From positions 56,606,001 through 56,670,000 of the forward strand of contig OX597828.1 of NCBI GenBank assembly GCA_951406725.2: DNA of 64,000 bases, read 5' to 3'. This stretch comes from Octopus vulgaris (taxonomy: Eukaryota). Position numbers and translations under genes: made by a program. The notes below the pieces were generated by a model, which worked only from the letters and a program-made list of their open reading frames with translations, did no database searches and was not told the DNA's origin. Of this stretch, positions 42,673 to 56,142 are shown one piece after another. The first letter of the stretch is position 1; each line of letters starts with the position of its first letter.

Positions 42673-42950
42673 CATTTCGATATCGCAAATTCGACGTGCA
42701 TTGTGTTTGATGAGGCTAAATAAGGCCACAACTTATAGTATGAGCCGTTTCTACAAATGATAGATACCCTGTATCTCCCAGATGATTATTACTGTTGATG
42801 TAGTCAGAGGCGAGATAGCACAGTTCTCGTTCCGTAGATCTTTTAAATACATTATATCACGAATGCGTTTTCGCATACATTTTGATTCTTCGGTCCCACC
42901 CAAAAGAAAACTCTTACAGTCTTGTTGGCAGTGACTTTCTTGCTGCTATG
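42673..42950 (-). pseudogene. Decayed YWTD exon
   Basis: VRVFFWVGPKNQNV, then YLASDYINSNNHLGDTGYLSFVETA (42817-42743). Donor atg|gtgagc. Confidence 0.55.
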
Positions 42951-43473
42951 TACCACTCACGGATTCAGAGGCTTACGTAGCTCTTATTCTGTATGAGTGG
43001 TTTTATTTCTCTTTTAGTCGCAGTTTATATCAAAGGGCAATTTATTTTACTTTTAGCATCTTTTGCCGACAGTTCCACTAGACCTTAGATAATGTATCAT
43101 AATGTTGTTCATAGCGCTTAGTGAATTTATTATTCACTTAGCACTGAATAATACGGCTAACTAACCAATAACGTTTGCGTGTCAATCGAAATTTGCTTGC
43201 AGAGAAGTCATCAATTTCGGTCGTTTTTCACGTTCTGATCGATCTCTTTTACTTATATCCGGTAATCGGTGTACGGTATAATACATCAAGTTAGAATTTT
43301 CGATCTCTCCTAGATATTCTTTTGCTATTGTGTGTACTGCCAATGAAATCAGCTCGGTGAATTATCTATCGATTAGTACGATAATTGTGATCTCAAATAG
43401 CTTTTAATGCAAATGTTCACATTTTATTTCACTTTCTTTGTTAAAGGTGCTTTTATAATCTTCTGTCAGTTAC

Positions 43474-43960
43474 CGCCTCTTTGTTTAGTTTTGGCATGTC
43501 CGTTTCCAATTTATTGTTATCGCATCGTGCATTGTATGTGTTTCGTTAACAGTTTTCAAAGTAGGAGATTTCAATGGCCTGACTTCTATAAGATGTCCAA
43601 TTTTGATCATGTGTACTGATAAGCGTAATTTCTTTATTCTATACCAGTAATTTCTTTCTTCTCTCCAAAGCATGTTATGTTGACGTAGAGGTTTGGCCCT
43701 GAACTGAAAATACCTGCGATAATATAGACTGCAACCATGCACCATACTTTTCATATAACCAAATCATCTCAAGTGATTTATATATAATTGACAGATATCC
43801 TGGCTCAATTGCAAGCCCTATTGAAATTTCAGTTGATGGTTACAATAAACGATGAGAACTGTAACGAGGGATAAATTAGAACTGGCATTCTTTACTGCAA
43901 TAGAATACCTTGTCCTATACATTTCCAGGCGTAATAACCCGTCCTGTACTTTTCCAGGTT
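43474..43960 (-). pseudogene. Decayed EGF-end/YWTD exon(s)
   Basis: GYYAWKC, SIGLAIEP, HLIEVRPLKSPTLKTVNETHTMHDAITINW (ORF 43485-43754). Donor gcg|gtaact. Confidence 0.5.
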
Positions 43961-44755
43961 TATAATCTTAAGAATATTAATTTTCATTTCCTCGTGCTCA
44001 GTTGACTTTTCACTGCCCGATTACACTACAAACGGCCATATTAAGTGATTTCTTAGTATCTGTCTGAATACGATAATCAACATTTACAAGGCTTGTTCTC
44101 GTGGCGAAATATCTAAAGATTAATGATCATTATATGGGAGACGAATTGAACACATAGCGTCGCCATATTTTGCGCATATATCTGTGTGTATGATTAATAC
44201 GTATATATTGAAGCATTTAATTATGAAGTATAACTATAAATAAGGGCGCTGGAATTTAATTGCATATGCGCTAAAATTAAAATTCAAATATCTACAAACC
44301 ACTCTAAAAATAGTTCTCTGTTTATAACCACAGGTCGGATGCGAGGTAATGGGCCATAAGATTTTAAAATTTCGATAAATGCTAAATCTTAAGATTTCAT
44401 GCTCTGCGATAGAAATCGCTTTGCAATCTTCATTACAGATACACCGATAAACATATAAACAAGATACACATGTGCATACCGATAAATAAGTTCATAGGCA
44501 CCAACATATACATGCATTTCCCACACATGTATTTACTCCCTCAAATACAGAAAAAAGTGACTAATTAGACAAACTTACAAATTAGGTGAACAGTTTTGTA
44601 CAATAAATTTAAACGATGAGAACTGTAACGAGAGATAAATTAGAACTGACATTCTTTGCTGCAATAGAAGTAATACATTGTCCTATACATTTCCAGGCGT
44701 AATAACCCGTCCTGTACTTTTCCAGGTTTATAATCTTAAGAATATTAATTTTCAT
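43846..44755. repeat. ~145-bp dispersed direct duplication (43846-43987 and 44610-44755)
   Basis: TAAACGATGAGAACTGTAACGAG...AAGAATATTAATTTTCAT occurs twice with few differences. Confidence 0.92.
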
Positions 44756-45946
44756 GCTCGCATTTTTCCATGAAACCCATTATTTTTTCCAGGCATCGTT
44801 GTTATAACATAATTAATAATGTGTCGATTAATAATTTAAGATTTTATCTTATGAAATAGTGAAAGATATTTCAATTTTTCCATGTAAGTGATGATAATTC
44901 AATTGCTTTCATGTTTAATTTAAATATATGTTGTAATTAAATTTTCTGATATTACTCAGTCACACCAAATTAATGGCAAGGAATTTTACCCTCTTGTTGC
45001 TTGTACCATGGCTCACCAATAGTTACAAAGAATAAGACCCCAAAACCATCAGTTACCAGGCTCACCTTAAGTAACCTAGGTTTTGAGTTGATAATAGCAC
45101 TGACTGCTGCTCCAGATGTATCAATAATTATTCAATACAACAGTAATTATACAAGCATATCAGATATACACAAGTTAAAATTACCTACGTCCCATTAATA
45201 TAAATTTGATTTATGAAAAATCCCTTTTAATTAATTTTGAAACTGAAAAAGTGAACTTAGAATATAAGCACTTTTAACCTTTTCCGGACAGCCTTACTAA
45301 ATGCCTTCAGGTCTGCCCATAGAGAGACAGCAAAAAACGAATATATTCCTGCCCCCAATATATTTATGTGCACATATTTGAACCATAAAGCTCATTAATG
45401 AACTAGCCTGATTAAATAATTGACTAAAAAGAAAAGGAAAGCAACTAGCAAAAGAAGAAAGCATGTTGATTTAAGCTGAACGAGAAAATTAATAATAGAT
45501 GTTGAAGTTACCGAAATTTAGCAGCATATAAAAAAAATAATTCTATTAAATACTTAATTAAAATAATAAAATATACGAAAGGCAAATTTAACCTCGCTGG
45601 AATGTGAACTCAGAACGAGAAGACAGAACGAGAAGACAGACGGAATACTGGTAAGCATTTCGCCCGGCGAGCTAACGTTTCTGCCAACTCACCTTGTCAA
45701 AAAGCAGTCATTTTAGCAATATATTCTTATCTTAATATTATTGCGGCGTTATTTCTTATTTTTTCACTAACATTTCTCCTCATAATTTTTTTCTACTGAA
45801 CCAAATCTCAAACTATTTATACCAAATTGTAGCTGAGGAGGTGTCAATAGTGTGCAATTTAGTTTAGAACTGAATTAGTGAGGAAGCTTGGAATCTGCTG
45901 CGATTGGCGAAATGGTGGAGTATATTCAACCACTTCCGAGGTTGAA

Positions 45947-46014
<68 letters not shown>

Positions 46015-46070
46015 CGGAGATGTACTCGCATAGCAAGTAATTTGATCTGAGATCGTGTGCTGAAACGAAA

Positions 46071-46298
46071 ACAATTGCAGCGTGGAAGGTGTTTGTAAGC
46101 CATTTAAGAAACACACAAAAGCCGTTCGATTCACTTCAACATTTAAGCTCAGATGCAGCACGGATTTTTGTCAGTGAACAGGTCGCGGATTTTAGCGACG
46201 AAAATATTTTGACAAATTAAACTTAAATGTTGAAGTGAATCGAACGGCTTTTGTGTATTTCTTAAATGGCTTACAAACACCTTCCACGCTGCAATTGT
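46071..46298. repeat. 77-bp inverted repeat with 74-nt spacer
   Basis: 46071-46147 vs 46222-46298, one mismatch seen. Confidence 0.93.
46167..46216 (+). ncRNA. Minimal hammerhead-like motif, G3-C8 core variant
   Basis: TTTGTCA-GTGAACA-G-GTCGC-GGATTTTA-GCGAC-GAAA-ATAT-TT-TGACAAA. 7-bp stem I, 5-bp stem II, palindromic AATATT stem III. Confidence 0.7.
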
Positions 46299-46301
46299 AT
46301 G

Positions 46302-46341
<40 letters not shown>

Positions 46342-46631
46342 AGAGTAATACAATAATACAACGTCGTCTGCTCACGCGCAAGAAGCGCTGCAGATTTTGT
46401 TCCTTTTGTGATGCCATGTTGGGTACAGGCAAGAAACTCAAAAACGGTGAAGGATTCAGTTGCCTTCTGAAGGCTTTAAAATATTTCATTACCTAATGAA
46501 CAATACCAGCCGACTGTTCCGCTCGGGCGTACAAAGTTGTCTGCCAGGTTGTGAGGTCGGATTTGTTCATTATATGTACGACATTACACACAAACACACA
46601 AACACACACACACACCCACGCACGCACGCAC

Positions 46632-46688
<57 letters not shown>

Positions 46689-46982
46689 TGTGTGTGTGTG
46701 TCTATGTATATATATACACATTTACGTCACGCTTCTTTTGTCCTCCGTCTACCAAATTCACTCACAAGGTTTTGGTCGGCCTGAGGCTGCAGCAGAAAAC
46801 GCCTGCTGATGGCACTGAACCTGGCAGCATGTTGTTGGTAGGCAAGTTTGTTTATACACAAACGCAAACACACGCACACACAAACAAACACAAACATACA
46901 CACATACAAACACACACATATATATATATATATATTTATAGAGAGAGAGAGGGGGTGAAAGAGACACATAGACAGAGAGAGA

Positions 46983-47023
<41 letters not shown>

Positions 47024-47593
47024 GGAACGCTAAGCGGTTCCGTAACTATTAAGGATATATTGGTGGTGCATACTTTTAACATAGTTCACCTGGAACTAAA
47101 TCATAATCTTGAAGTATCCAATACAAACTATCAAGTATTTTTATTGGAAACAATAAAGGCAGATCCATTATTTAATATTCACCCCACCCGATGGTGGGGT
47201 GAATATCATAATATTAAAGACTTCAACCTGGAGGCGTTTTAGTATGAAATATCTTTATACGTGTTATAATACATCGGATTTCAATATACCTGCATTGTCG
47301 CAGCTCTTTATGACGCAACAAACTCAAGCATATAGAAAGCATTGACCCCTAAAGATTTATTGAAACTACTGCTGCGTTAAATACAGCATGACACTCAACA
47401 AGCACAGAAAGTATCCTTAATAAGTGAAAAGGCTAGATTAATATTCATTTAACTGTCGTAAAACATAAATCAACAGCAACATAAGCGGGTTGGTTATGCA
47501 GAAATTGAAGACACATACGTAGAATACAAACAAATGCCAGCATACTCATACACACACACACAAGTGCATGTTGATTATATATATATATATATT

Positions 47594-47627
<34 letters not shown>

Positions 47628-47651
47628 CATATATATATGTATGTATGTATG

Positions 47652-47726
<75 letters not shown>

Positions 47727-48169
47727 ACATTCGAATCAGCAAATGCCTATAACTCCTCGTGCGATATGGTCAAAATATCAACCGCAGTAAATACACTGAC
47801 GAAATATATATAAGTTTATATAAATAAGGATAAGATCGTTAATTTCATTATCGATCTTATCAAGTGGCCAGCAAATGGAATAAAAACCTTCAAAGGTAAT
47901 AATTATTAAAATTGTAATTTAGGGTATCTAAGAGATAGCTCCATGCTGGGAATAGCAGCCAAAACTTGACTCTGAGAGAGAGAGCGAGAGAGGTAGGTAG
48001 ATATATAGTGTTTGGGTTAAAATAAACGGATTACATAAGAGGAAAAAAACAACATGATGTCTCATCCAAGGAATAAATGCATTAAAAAAAAATTGAATAC
48101 CGTGAAGTAGATTGTTACTCGGTGATAACAGTTTACTTAACTCAGCTTCCACTCAGACTAGCTTCCACC

Positions 48170-48520
48170 ATGGTTTCAAGATAGCTCAAAGAAAAGCATG
48201 TGCCGCCGCTTGGAAGATTTCCGAATACCTTCCTGACCTTGGAATCGGTTTTCTCTCCTCATACATTTCTGCAGAAGATCGTAGTCTCGTGCGTCCGAAA
48301 CGCAAAATTAAGAAGGAGGAAGTTGCCGAAGCTACAAAATAATTTCCTTCTCCGTGTGGAGGCAGTAATTTCCCAAAAGGCTGACCGTAATCAATGATAA
48401 CCGTTTTCGCTGCAATAAACGTTACCTTAAAATTATATATATTACCATTATTTTAGTATTTATAACCAATTTTATGCATAGTAAAAATTGTCTCAATTTA
48501 TCTACAACGCCACGTTTGTA
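48170..48520 (+). mobile_element. Decayed Tc1/mariner 3' fragment
   Basis: FLLRVEAVISQKADRNQ* resembles the transposase C-terminus. A degenerate TIR lies near 48490-48520. Confidence 0.45.
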
Positions 48521-48536
48521 TTTATTTATTGCCTTC

Positions 48537-48600
<64 letters not shown>

Positions 48601-48773
48601 ATTATTTGAAATTATGAACAAATTTTATATATTAAGAAATAGAAGGTAATCGAAATTATGGATAATTTTTTATTAGCGTTTTCTGAGATAGACATAAGAG
48701 CTAATAAAGAACTGACCAAGATTCTGACAACTTCCTTTCATGTTATACAGTATTTATATGCACACGTACATAC

Positions 48774-48818
<45 letters not shown>

Positions 48819-49320
48819 TCAACGCTGTGTCGGGAATTTGTTGTGCTTTTGATGTCCAGTCTTTTAAGTCCTGTAATACACATAAACATAGTGTCGAAGC
48901 ACCGATGTGTATATTCCTAATGTTTAAATATCTATCTTTAATATCATGTCCTGATCTTTCGAAAACATTAATTATCCATCGGTTTTATCTAAACTGCGAG
49001 ATTCGTTTCATTGTCAGTTCCCAGCCATTTCATATCAAGACTCCTCATGATTTGAAACATTGCTATGCAGTACCTGACTTAATGAGAAAAGGTGTGTTCA
49101 CTTCAGCAGCGTCTGTCGAGATAAGTAATCACCGGAACAAAATCTTCTGCAAATTTAATAGAGGTAAATATCCAATGCATATGTTAAATGTGGTATATGA
49201 AACTCCCATAATTGCATTCCTTTAGATCAGCAAAAATCAGTGCATCATATGAACGGCCCATAATCTCATTCATCAAATATCTGCTTCTATTTAACTGTAA
49301 CATAGATGGAAGTATCTTAC

Positions 49321-49497
49321 CGTCATAACATTCGCAGCCACTATTTTGAAAGTCCTTGTCTACAGACATTAATTTACAGATTAAAATTTGTAAGCTCTAT
49401 TGATATCGATATGAGTACAATTTAGCCCGTCACAAATTCCCATATCTACATCTGTCTCCTAGAAAATTGTTCGCTGTGGATACGCACAGCTTCGTAT
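49321..49497 (-). pseudogene. EGF-like pseudo-exon (177 nt, phase 1-1)
   Basis: ttctatttcag|AT-TKLCVSTANNFLGDRCRYGNL*...ICKLMSVDKDFQNSGCECYD-G|gtaaga. An alternative frame supplies CDGLNC. Confidence 0.6.
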
Positions 49498-49726
49498 CTG
49501 AAATAGAACCTGAATGAATTCACTCGATTCTGTTTTATTCTTTCCTACCAACTAAATATTTAAACTGGAAATTCTTTGGGATATCATCCGCTTCTCTTTA
49601 TAAATTATGCAACTATATATTTCTCAATTTTGGAAACATCTAAAACTTGAGATGTTGTGTAAACATTAACCCACCGTCCAATATGTAGGTACATATGCAT
49701 GTATATATGTACACACATAAATATAC

Positions 49727-49883
49727 ACGCGGCTGTGTGGTCAGAAGCTTCCATCTGAGCCACAAGGTTCCGGGTTCACTCCCAATGCGTTGCATATTGG
49801 GAAAGTGTTCTTCAGTTTACCCTCGGACCAACCAAAGCCTCGAGACTGGATTTGCGAGATGGAAATTGAAAGAAACCTGTCGT

Positions 49884-49916
<33 letters not shown>

Positions 49917-49953
49917 CATATATGTGTGTATGTGTGTGTGTGTGTGTGTGTGC

Positions 49954-50007
<54 letters not shown>

Positions 50008-50252
50008 GTGTGTATATGTACATATATATATTTATTGTGTGTGTCTGTGTTTGTCCCCTCTGTCATCGTTTGAAAAAGATGTTGGTGTGTTTATGTCGCT
50101 GTAGCTTAACGATTCAGCAAAAGAGAACGGTAGAATGAGCACTAGACTTACAGGGAATTAGTCCTAGGGTTGATTTCTTAGACTAAAACCCTTTAAGGTG
50201 TTGCTCCAGCATAGCCGCAGGTAAATTACTGAAACAAGTAAAAGAATAAAAG
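49727..50252 (+). mobile_element. SINE family B, diverged full-length
   Basis: Head, (TA/TG) centre and tail recognisable. Confidence 0.82.
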
Positions 50253-50381
50253 TGACCAATTAAAAAAATGAGTGATTAAGAAGGTAATACTCTTTAGAGG
50301 TTTTAGGTTTCTTGTAATAATCTCCTTCAAATTGCTTTTAGGGGATTAATACAGCCAAATTTAGCAATTACATCCTCTTAC

Positions 50382-50617
50382 CTTATATGGTCATTTTTGC
50401 TATCGAAGTGTGATTACCAGGAAGGTATCGTACTGACTGCAGGTATTGACAAATATGACACAATGCATTACATCCACCTGCTGCACATAGACTTCGTTTT
50501 AGACAAATAGTAATCTCTGTACTTTGTGTTAAATTAGATAATTATAATTGATGAATGCTGTGGGCCGAAGATAATCGACATCCGTGTGATTGTTGCTCAT
50601 TTTGAACAACTGTTAGT
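50382..50617 (-). pseudogene. Propeller-end/EGF pseudo-exon
   Basis: ttacag|..LTVVQNEQQSHGC...SLCAAGGCNALCHIC...aag|gtaaga, with internal stops. Confidence 0.55.
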
Positions 50618-50929
50618 CTGTAAGTCAATTATATATATACATATATATATATATCAAAACATATAATAATCTTAATGCTGGAAGTCGTCTTTAAGACATC
50701 AACGATAATGATAATACAAAAGCAAACAAATAGGGTGTCTCTATGAAAACAACATATACATGGCTCTGAAATTCCGCTCCTGAGTCAAACGTATATGTAT
50801 GTGTTGCACTTTGACTTAGTTTAGAATAACATCAGGTAATCCATCACCTTACATATAGCAGATTCGAGAGACTGTCGATTCTTTAAGTAAGAAAGTGTTA
50901 CGTAGGCGCAAGCTATAATAAGGTACATG

Positions 50930-51100
50930 ACATGAAATGTCTGTCTACTCAGAAGATATTATTGAATAGAAAATAACTTGTAGACTCTCTGAATATGCAG
51001 AATTTCATGACCTCCTGACATTCATTAAGCGGCATTGATTTCAGTAAAGAGCAAATGATCACTACTATGTTGAATAGAACACGATTTAAATTTATATGGT
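50930..51100 (-). pseudogene. Decayed YWTD fragment
   Basis: SIQHSSDHLLFTEINAA*...MSGGHEILHIQRVYKLFSIQ*. Confidence 0.45.
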
Positions 51101-51296
51101 ACTAAGAGAAACCGTACTAGTAATAACTGGTGCAACGATGAGGTTGAGACTATGATTGTTTTTTTTTTTTTGTTCTTTTTTTTTAATTTCACATATTGGA
51201 ATACATAATGAGAGAACAAATAGTGGATAATGCTGATAAATCTGGTTCTGGGTTCTACGCATTGAAATTATTGGACGGTATATTGTGTGGGTTAAA

Positions 51297-51527
51297 GGCG
51301 GTGAGCTGGCAGAAACATTAGCACGCCGGGCGAAATGCGTAGCCGTATTTTGTCTGCCGTTACGCTCTGAGTTCAAATTCTGCCGAGGTCGACTTTGCCT
51401 TTCATCCTTTCGAGGTCGATAAATTAAGTATCAGTTACGCACTGGGCTCGATATAATCGACTTAATCTATTTGTCTGTCCTTGTTTGTCTCCTCTATTTT
51501 TAGCCCCTTGTGGTTAATAAAGAAATA
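51297..51527 (+). mobile_element. SINE family A monomer with 15-bp TSD
   Basis: GGTATATTGTGTGGG at 51277-51291 and 51528-51542. Confidence 0.93.
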
Positions 51528-51794
51528 GGTATATTGTGTGGGCTAGTCACTCAGTCGATTTGGAATGCAGAACCCTGCTAAGTTTTATAATAGCAGAATG
51601 AATTTAAACACAGTAATGACTTTAGCAAATGCGTATTTCGCCTCCAAAAGTTCCAAATATGTTATGAAAGTGCTTATATTTAAATCACGGGCCGAGACAT
51701 GAATATTAATATTTTTGGATGTATTAATATATCTGGATATATTCAATAGTATTGCGACCAGTATAAACACACTAACTTCATAGTTTTATCTATT

Positions 51795-52190
51795 ATAAGC
51801 ACAAGGTCTGAACTTTGGGGGAAGGGTATAGCCGATTTTATTGACCACCGTACTCAGCTGGTATTTATTTTATCGACCTCGAAAGGATGAGATGCAAAGT
51901 TCACCTCGGTCTAATTACTCGGAACGTAAAGAGAGATAAAATGGCGCTAAGCATTTTGCCCGACGTGCTACCGATTCGGTCAGACCACCGCTATATTAGT
52001 AATCATTTCTGCTATAGGCAGAAGGTTTGAATCTTGGGGTAAGTGGATTACATAGACACCAGTACTCAACTAGTACTTATTTTATCGACCCCAAAGGAGG
52101 AAAGGCAAAATCGACCTCGGCAGAATTTGAACTCGGAACGGACCAAATGTCGTGAAGCGTGCTAACATATCTGCCTGCTCAACGCCTTTC
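51795..52190 (-). mobile_element. Two decayed family A-related SINEs in tandem
   Basis: TTTTATCGACC..AAAGG..GCAAA..ACCTCGG motif occurs twice. Confidence 0.65.
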
Positions 52191-54469
52191 ACGCTATATT
52201 AATAATGAAAGGAAAGAGATCCAGTTGAATTTAATTGTTGTCCTTCATAATTTTGGTGTTTATAACCAATAACCAACTGAATATTAGTAACGATAAAATG
52301 GACTACATATAAGACTGTATGCTTATCTAAAAAATTAACGTTAAAATAGAAATTTGTTGTTAATTAATAGAATCTGTGGCCTTCAAGTAATACAGTACAT
52401 TGCGTTTAGTTTAGACTTTGTCAATCACTTGATAATAACTGCATTTGTTATTGTTACTAAACCCGTTTATCGATAAATTAAAGTGTTTATAGAGTGACGT
52501 TTATTGATTTAAATGTATGGCGGAGTCTATCGTCAAATGTAAACTAATATCAAATTGCAATTTACACAAAGAAAGACACAAATTCATGTTCAGTGGTCCT
52601 GACTCTTTCTTTCAATTTTGACTACAGCTTCAACGCAATTCGATAAAACGTTCTCATCATTTCTCTACATGAGTAATATTTCTACAAGGAGAATTAAATG
52701 GTTATGGTATATTAAACAATCAACATTTCAATTGTGAACGACTAATGAAATAGATATGGAATTTGCTCTCACCACTACAGTTTATTAAAAACTTCATTTC
52801 ATTGTTTACAGTGTGAGGGAAACGATCAAAGAAATTAACTTGTTATTCTGCACCAATGTACCATTTAGCTACAATTAATTAAGATATAAAGCAATATTTA
52901 ATCAGTCCCAGTATAAAATAAATATGTTTGATGAAGTAAATTACCATTCCAACTAATTGCAAAACACACATCTATAGTCAACTAAAGTGTACAAACTATA
53001 ATTATTAATTAAATATCTATTTGACTTGCGCTTGATCAACTGAATATAGAATTTCTAAATTCCCACATAATGTGTATAACTAAATGTTCTGGGCACAGTT
53101 TTAAGAGAAATAAAATATTAAGAGCAATTAAAATATATAAAGTTTGAAAAATAAACATTACGTTAGTACCGATAGCATAAATAAATGCATAGAAAACCTA
53201 TTTAGAAAGCTTTTACTGTATTATTTGAATATATGGAAAAGAATGAATATATCTTTTTAAACTTCATCTATAATCATATTATGTGTTTCAGGGCAAGACT
53301 TGATAAGTAAAAGAAGTGTCCAGTATGAACATTATGTCATATGTTATTCATATACGAAGTTAGTAACTGTTCCGAAAATGTATTCTGTTATCTGATATTA
53401 TTACGTCTGCTAAATCTCGTTTCTATTTCCCTGTTATATATTTTCAGATCATCAACGAAGACGTGAACGAAACCTGAGTGACTGAAACAGTTTCCGCTTT
53501 TAGTGACATTTTTTTTTCAATCTATTCAGTAGTTATTTATCAATTGAGAGCCAAGAAAAGTTATGTATCTTTAAACTGGAATAACATACAAAGTATTTCT
53601 CTTCATATATGTATTATTTAAATTATTTAAAAAATTTTAGCTTTTATATTTTTTATATTATAATTTTATATCATACATCTTTTTATTATAATTTTTAATT
53701 TTTATATGTAACTTTTTAATAATATTCACATTTATCTATATTTGAAAATTATTCATTTTACTAAATCAGGAACGATTGGATATATAATTCTTTTTCCTTA
53801 TGTTCATATCTGGAATTCTATGAAAATGTAGGGGGTGGGGAAATAATGGAAGAATGTTATGCACATCTATCTTAAAACAAAAACTGCATTATTTTTTGCT
53901 TTATCTTATCTAATATATTGACTAAAACGTTTTGTTTTCACATACATGTAGCATTATTATATAAACTGCATTATCATTCTGCACAAGCCATTTGTTATCA
54001 GTTAATACAAGGATAACCACATTATATGTCCAATTAACTGAACCCGTGCAAGAGATATTTAAATGAAATATGGCAGTTTTCTTGTGACATTTTATTCAAG
54101 TCAAAATTGTAACATTTTGCGACGTAAGTCTTTCTTAATATTTCAGTTTACCAATACATCGATACATTTCATAAAACCACTATTGCTGTTTTAAAGTATA
54201 GGTTACTTTAGAAAATTATCTTCTGGATATGCATAAAATTTGGTTGGTCACAGCGTGAATACTTTTTATATTGCAATTACAAACATACTAATAAAGTTAA
54301 CTTCGAATTAAATTACAACTAATAAAACAAATCATTGTAATTCCTGAATTATAACTGTAGATGAGAACTGAAATAAAACCTAGAATCTTTCGAAATTCGA
54401 AACCTAGAAATAAATTGTCATATTTTGAGGTGTCTCGGTCTATTTGATTTGTGAAAGAAGAATGCAAAA

Positions 54470-56140
54470 AGGTGCTGGACTGATAAGTGACAGAAGCTTT
54501 TGGCAAAATAAAACACATTTTGACATCAAACTTATCGTTAACGCATTTTGTTCCGAAGCTGGATATCATATTTGCTACAGATACGAGCGATAACGTTGTA
54601 GGAGCTGTGCTCGTGCATAAATATCACGATGTGAGTAAAAAGTCCATAGCCTATGCGTTACGATCGTTATTACCAGCTGAAAGGAACGATAGCCAAATAG
54701 AAGAGGAAATGTTATCAATCATGTTCGGTGTGAACAATTACCATAGATTTATTCATTTAAGACTTTTCTGACTGCAAACTTATCATCGTTCCCTATTGTC
54801 ATTATACGGCGGTTCTAAAACAGGAACACTAACACACAAAGGCAAATAAATACTTCCTTGTTGCATTTTGATTACAAAATTGAATATTTACCATTAAAAA
54901 AAGACTAGGGCATGTGGATGGTTTGTCCAGACTGATCCGGAACACTGCGAATCATTCAAAGATACAGCAATCGCAGTTTTAATATCAGGAGAATTTTTAA
55001 AAAAATGAATGTGGATTGTGGTACGCAATTACCGGTGTCCCTTCAAGACATAAAACGAAATACGGAAAAGGACAAATTCATAACAGAAATGAAAAGAATA
55101 CTGTGGAAAGAGAAGTAATTGGGAACAAGATTGATGCGAAACGAGACCAAGACGTGAATCTATACTGTGTTTGTGATAGCGTACGGATGCATTTACAGAG
55201 AGTAGTAATACCTGAAACACTGCAAAAGAAAATGTTCAGATAATTCCATGTTGGACATCTTGGGATTTTGAGGATGAAAGTTTTCATGCGTAGCTACGTG
55301 TACTGGCCAAAAATGGATAGAGAAATCGGAACTTTAGTGAAAGGATGCAGAGGATGCACGCTGGCGGCAAAATTACCGATGATAAAACGTGAACCTTGGC
55401 AAAAGGAAAAGGCTCCGTGGTCCAGACAACACATCGATTTCGCTCGTCCCTAAACGGTTCATGCAACTTAGACGTAGTAGTTTGTTTCTCTAAATTGGCA
55501 GAAATGTGTAAGTGTAAAAACCAACCTCCTCAGCTGTGACAAATGTTCTACGTGAACTGTTTGTGAGATTTGATGTTCCAGACACAAGTGTGTCTGACAA
55601 CGAAACACATTGTGTGTCTTTTGGGTTAAAAAAGTTTTGTAAAACGTTCGCTGTGGAACATATGAATACGGTGCCATACCATCCCAGATCTAACGGACAA
55701 GCAGAACGCTTTGTCGATACGTTCAAGAGAGCTCTAAGAAAGTCGCTCTAGAATAGCTCTGAAGAGTATACTGTGCGACACCAAATCCAAACACACCAGC
55801 AGGTATGTCAACAGTGGAGCTGATGTTTGCGAGTAAAATAAAATCAGTCTTCGACAAATTACTATCTTGTAGGAAAAGAAAACAATTCAAATGGATATTT
55901 CAGCAAGATATTTCAAAATTGGGGAAAATGTATTTGTTAGGGCATATAACGAGGGAAAACAATTTTCAGAAGATGCCCCGATTACCAAACGCATAGGAAA
56001 AACGCTATACTTGGTAAAAGGAAGAAAAAGGTATACAAAAGACACACAAACAACTAAAGAAAAGATTCGTCATGAGCGAACGGAGGGAATGGAAGGACCA
56101 TTTGGATGGTTTTTATGATACTTTTCAAGTACCAATGCCA
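54470..56140 (+). mobile_element. Gypsy LTR retrotransposon pol fragment (RNase H + integrase), pseudogenised
   Basis: ATDTSDNVVGAVL..IAYALRSL..SQIEEEMLSI (RNase H). H..HLG..YWPKM..CRGC (HHCC zinc finger). HIDFA, SDNE, PYHPRSNGQAERFVDTFK (DDE). The RH-then-IN order indicates Gypsy. Confidence 0.92.
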
Positions 56141-56142
56141 AG

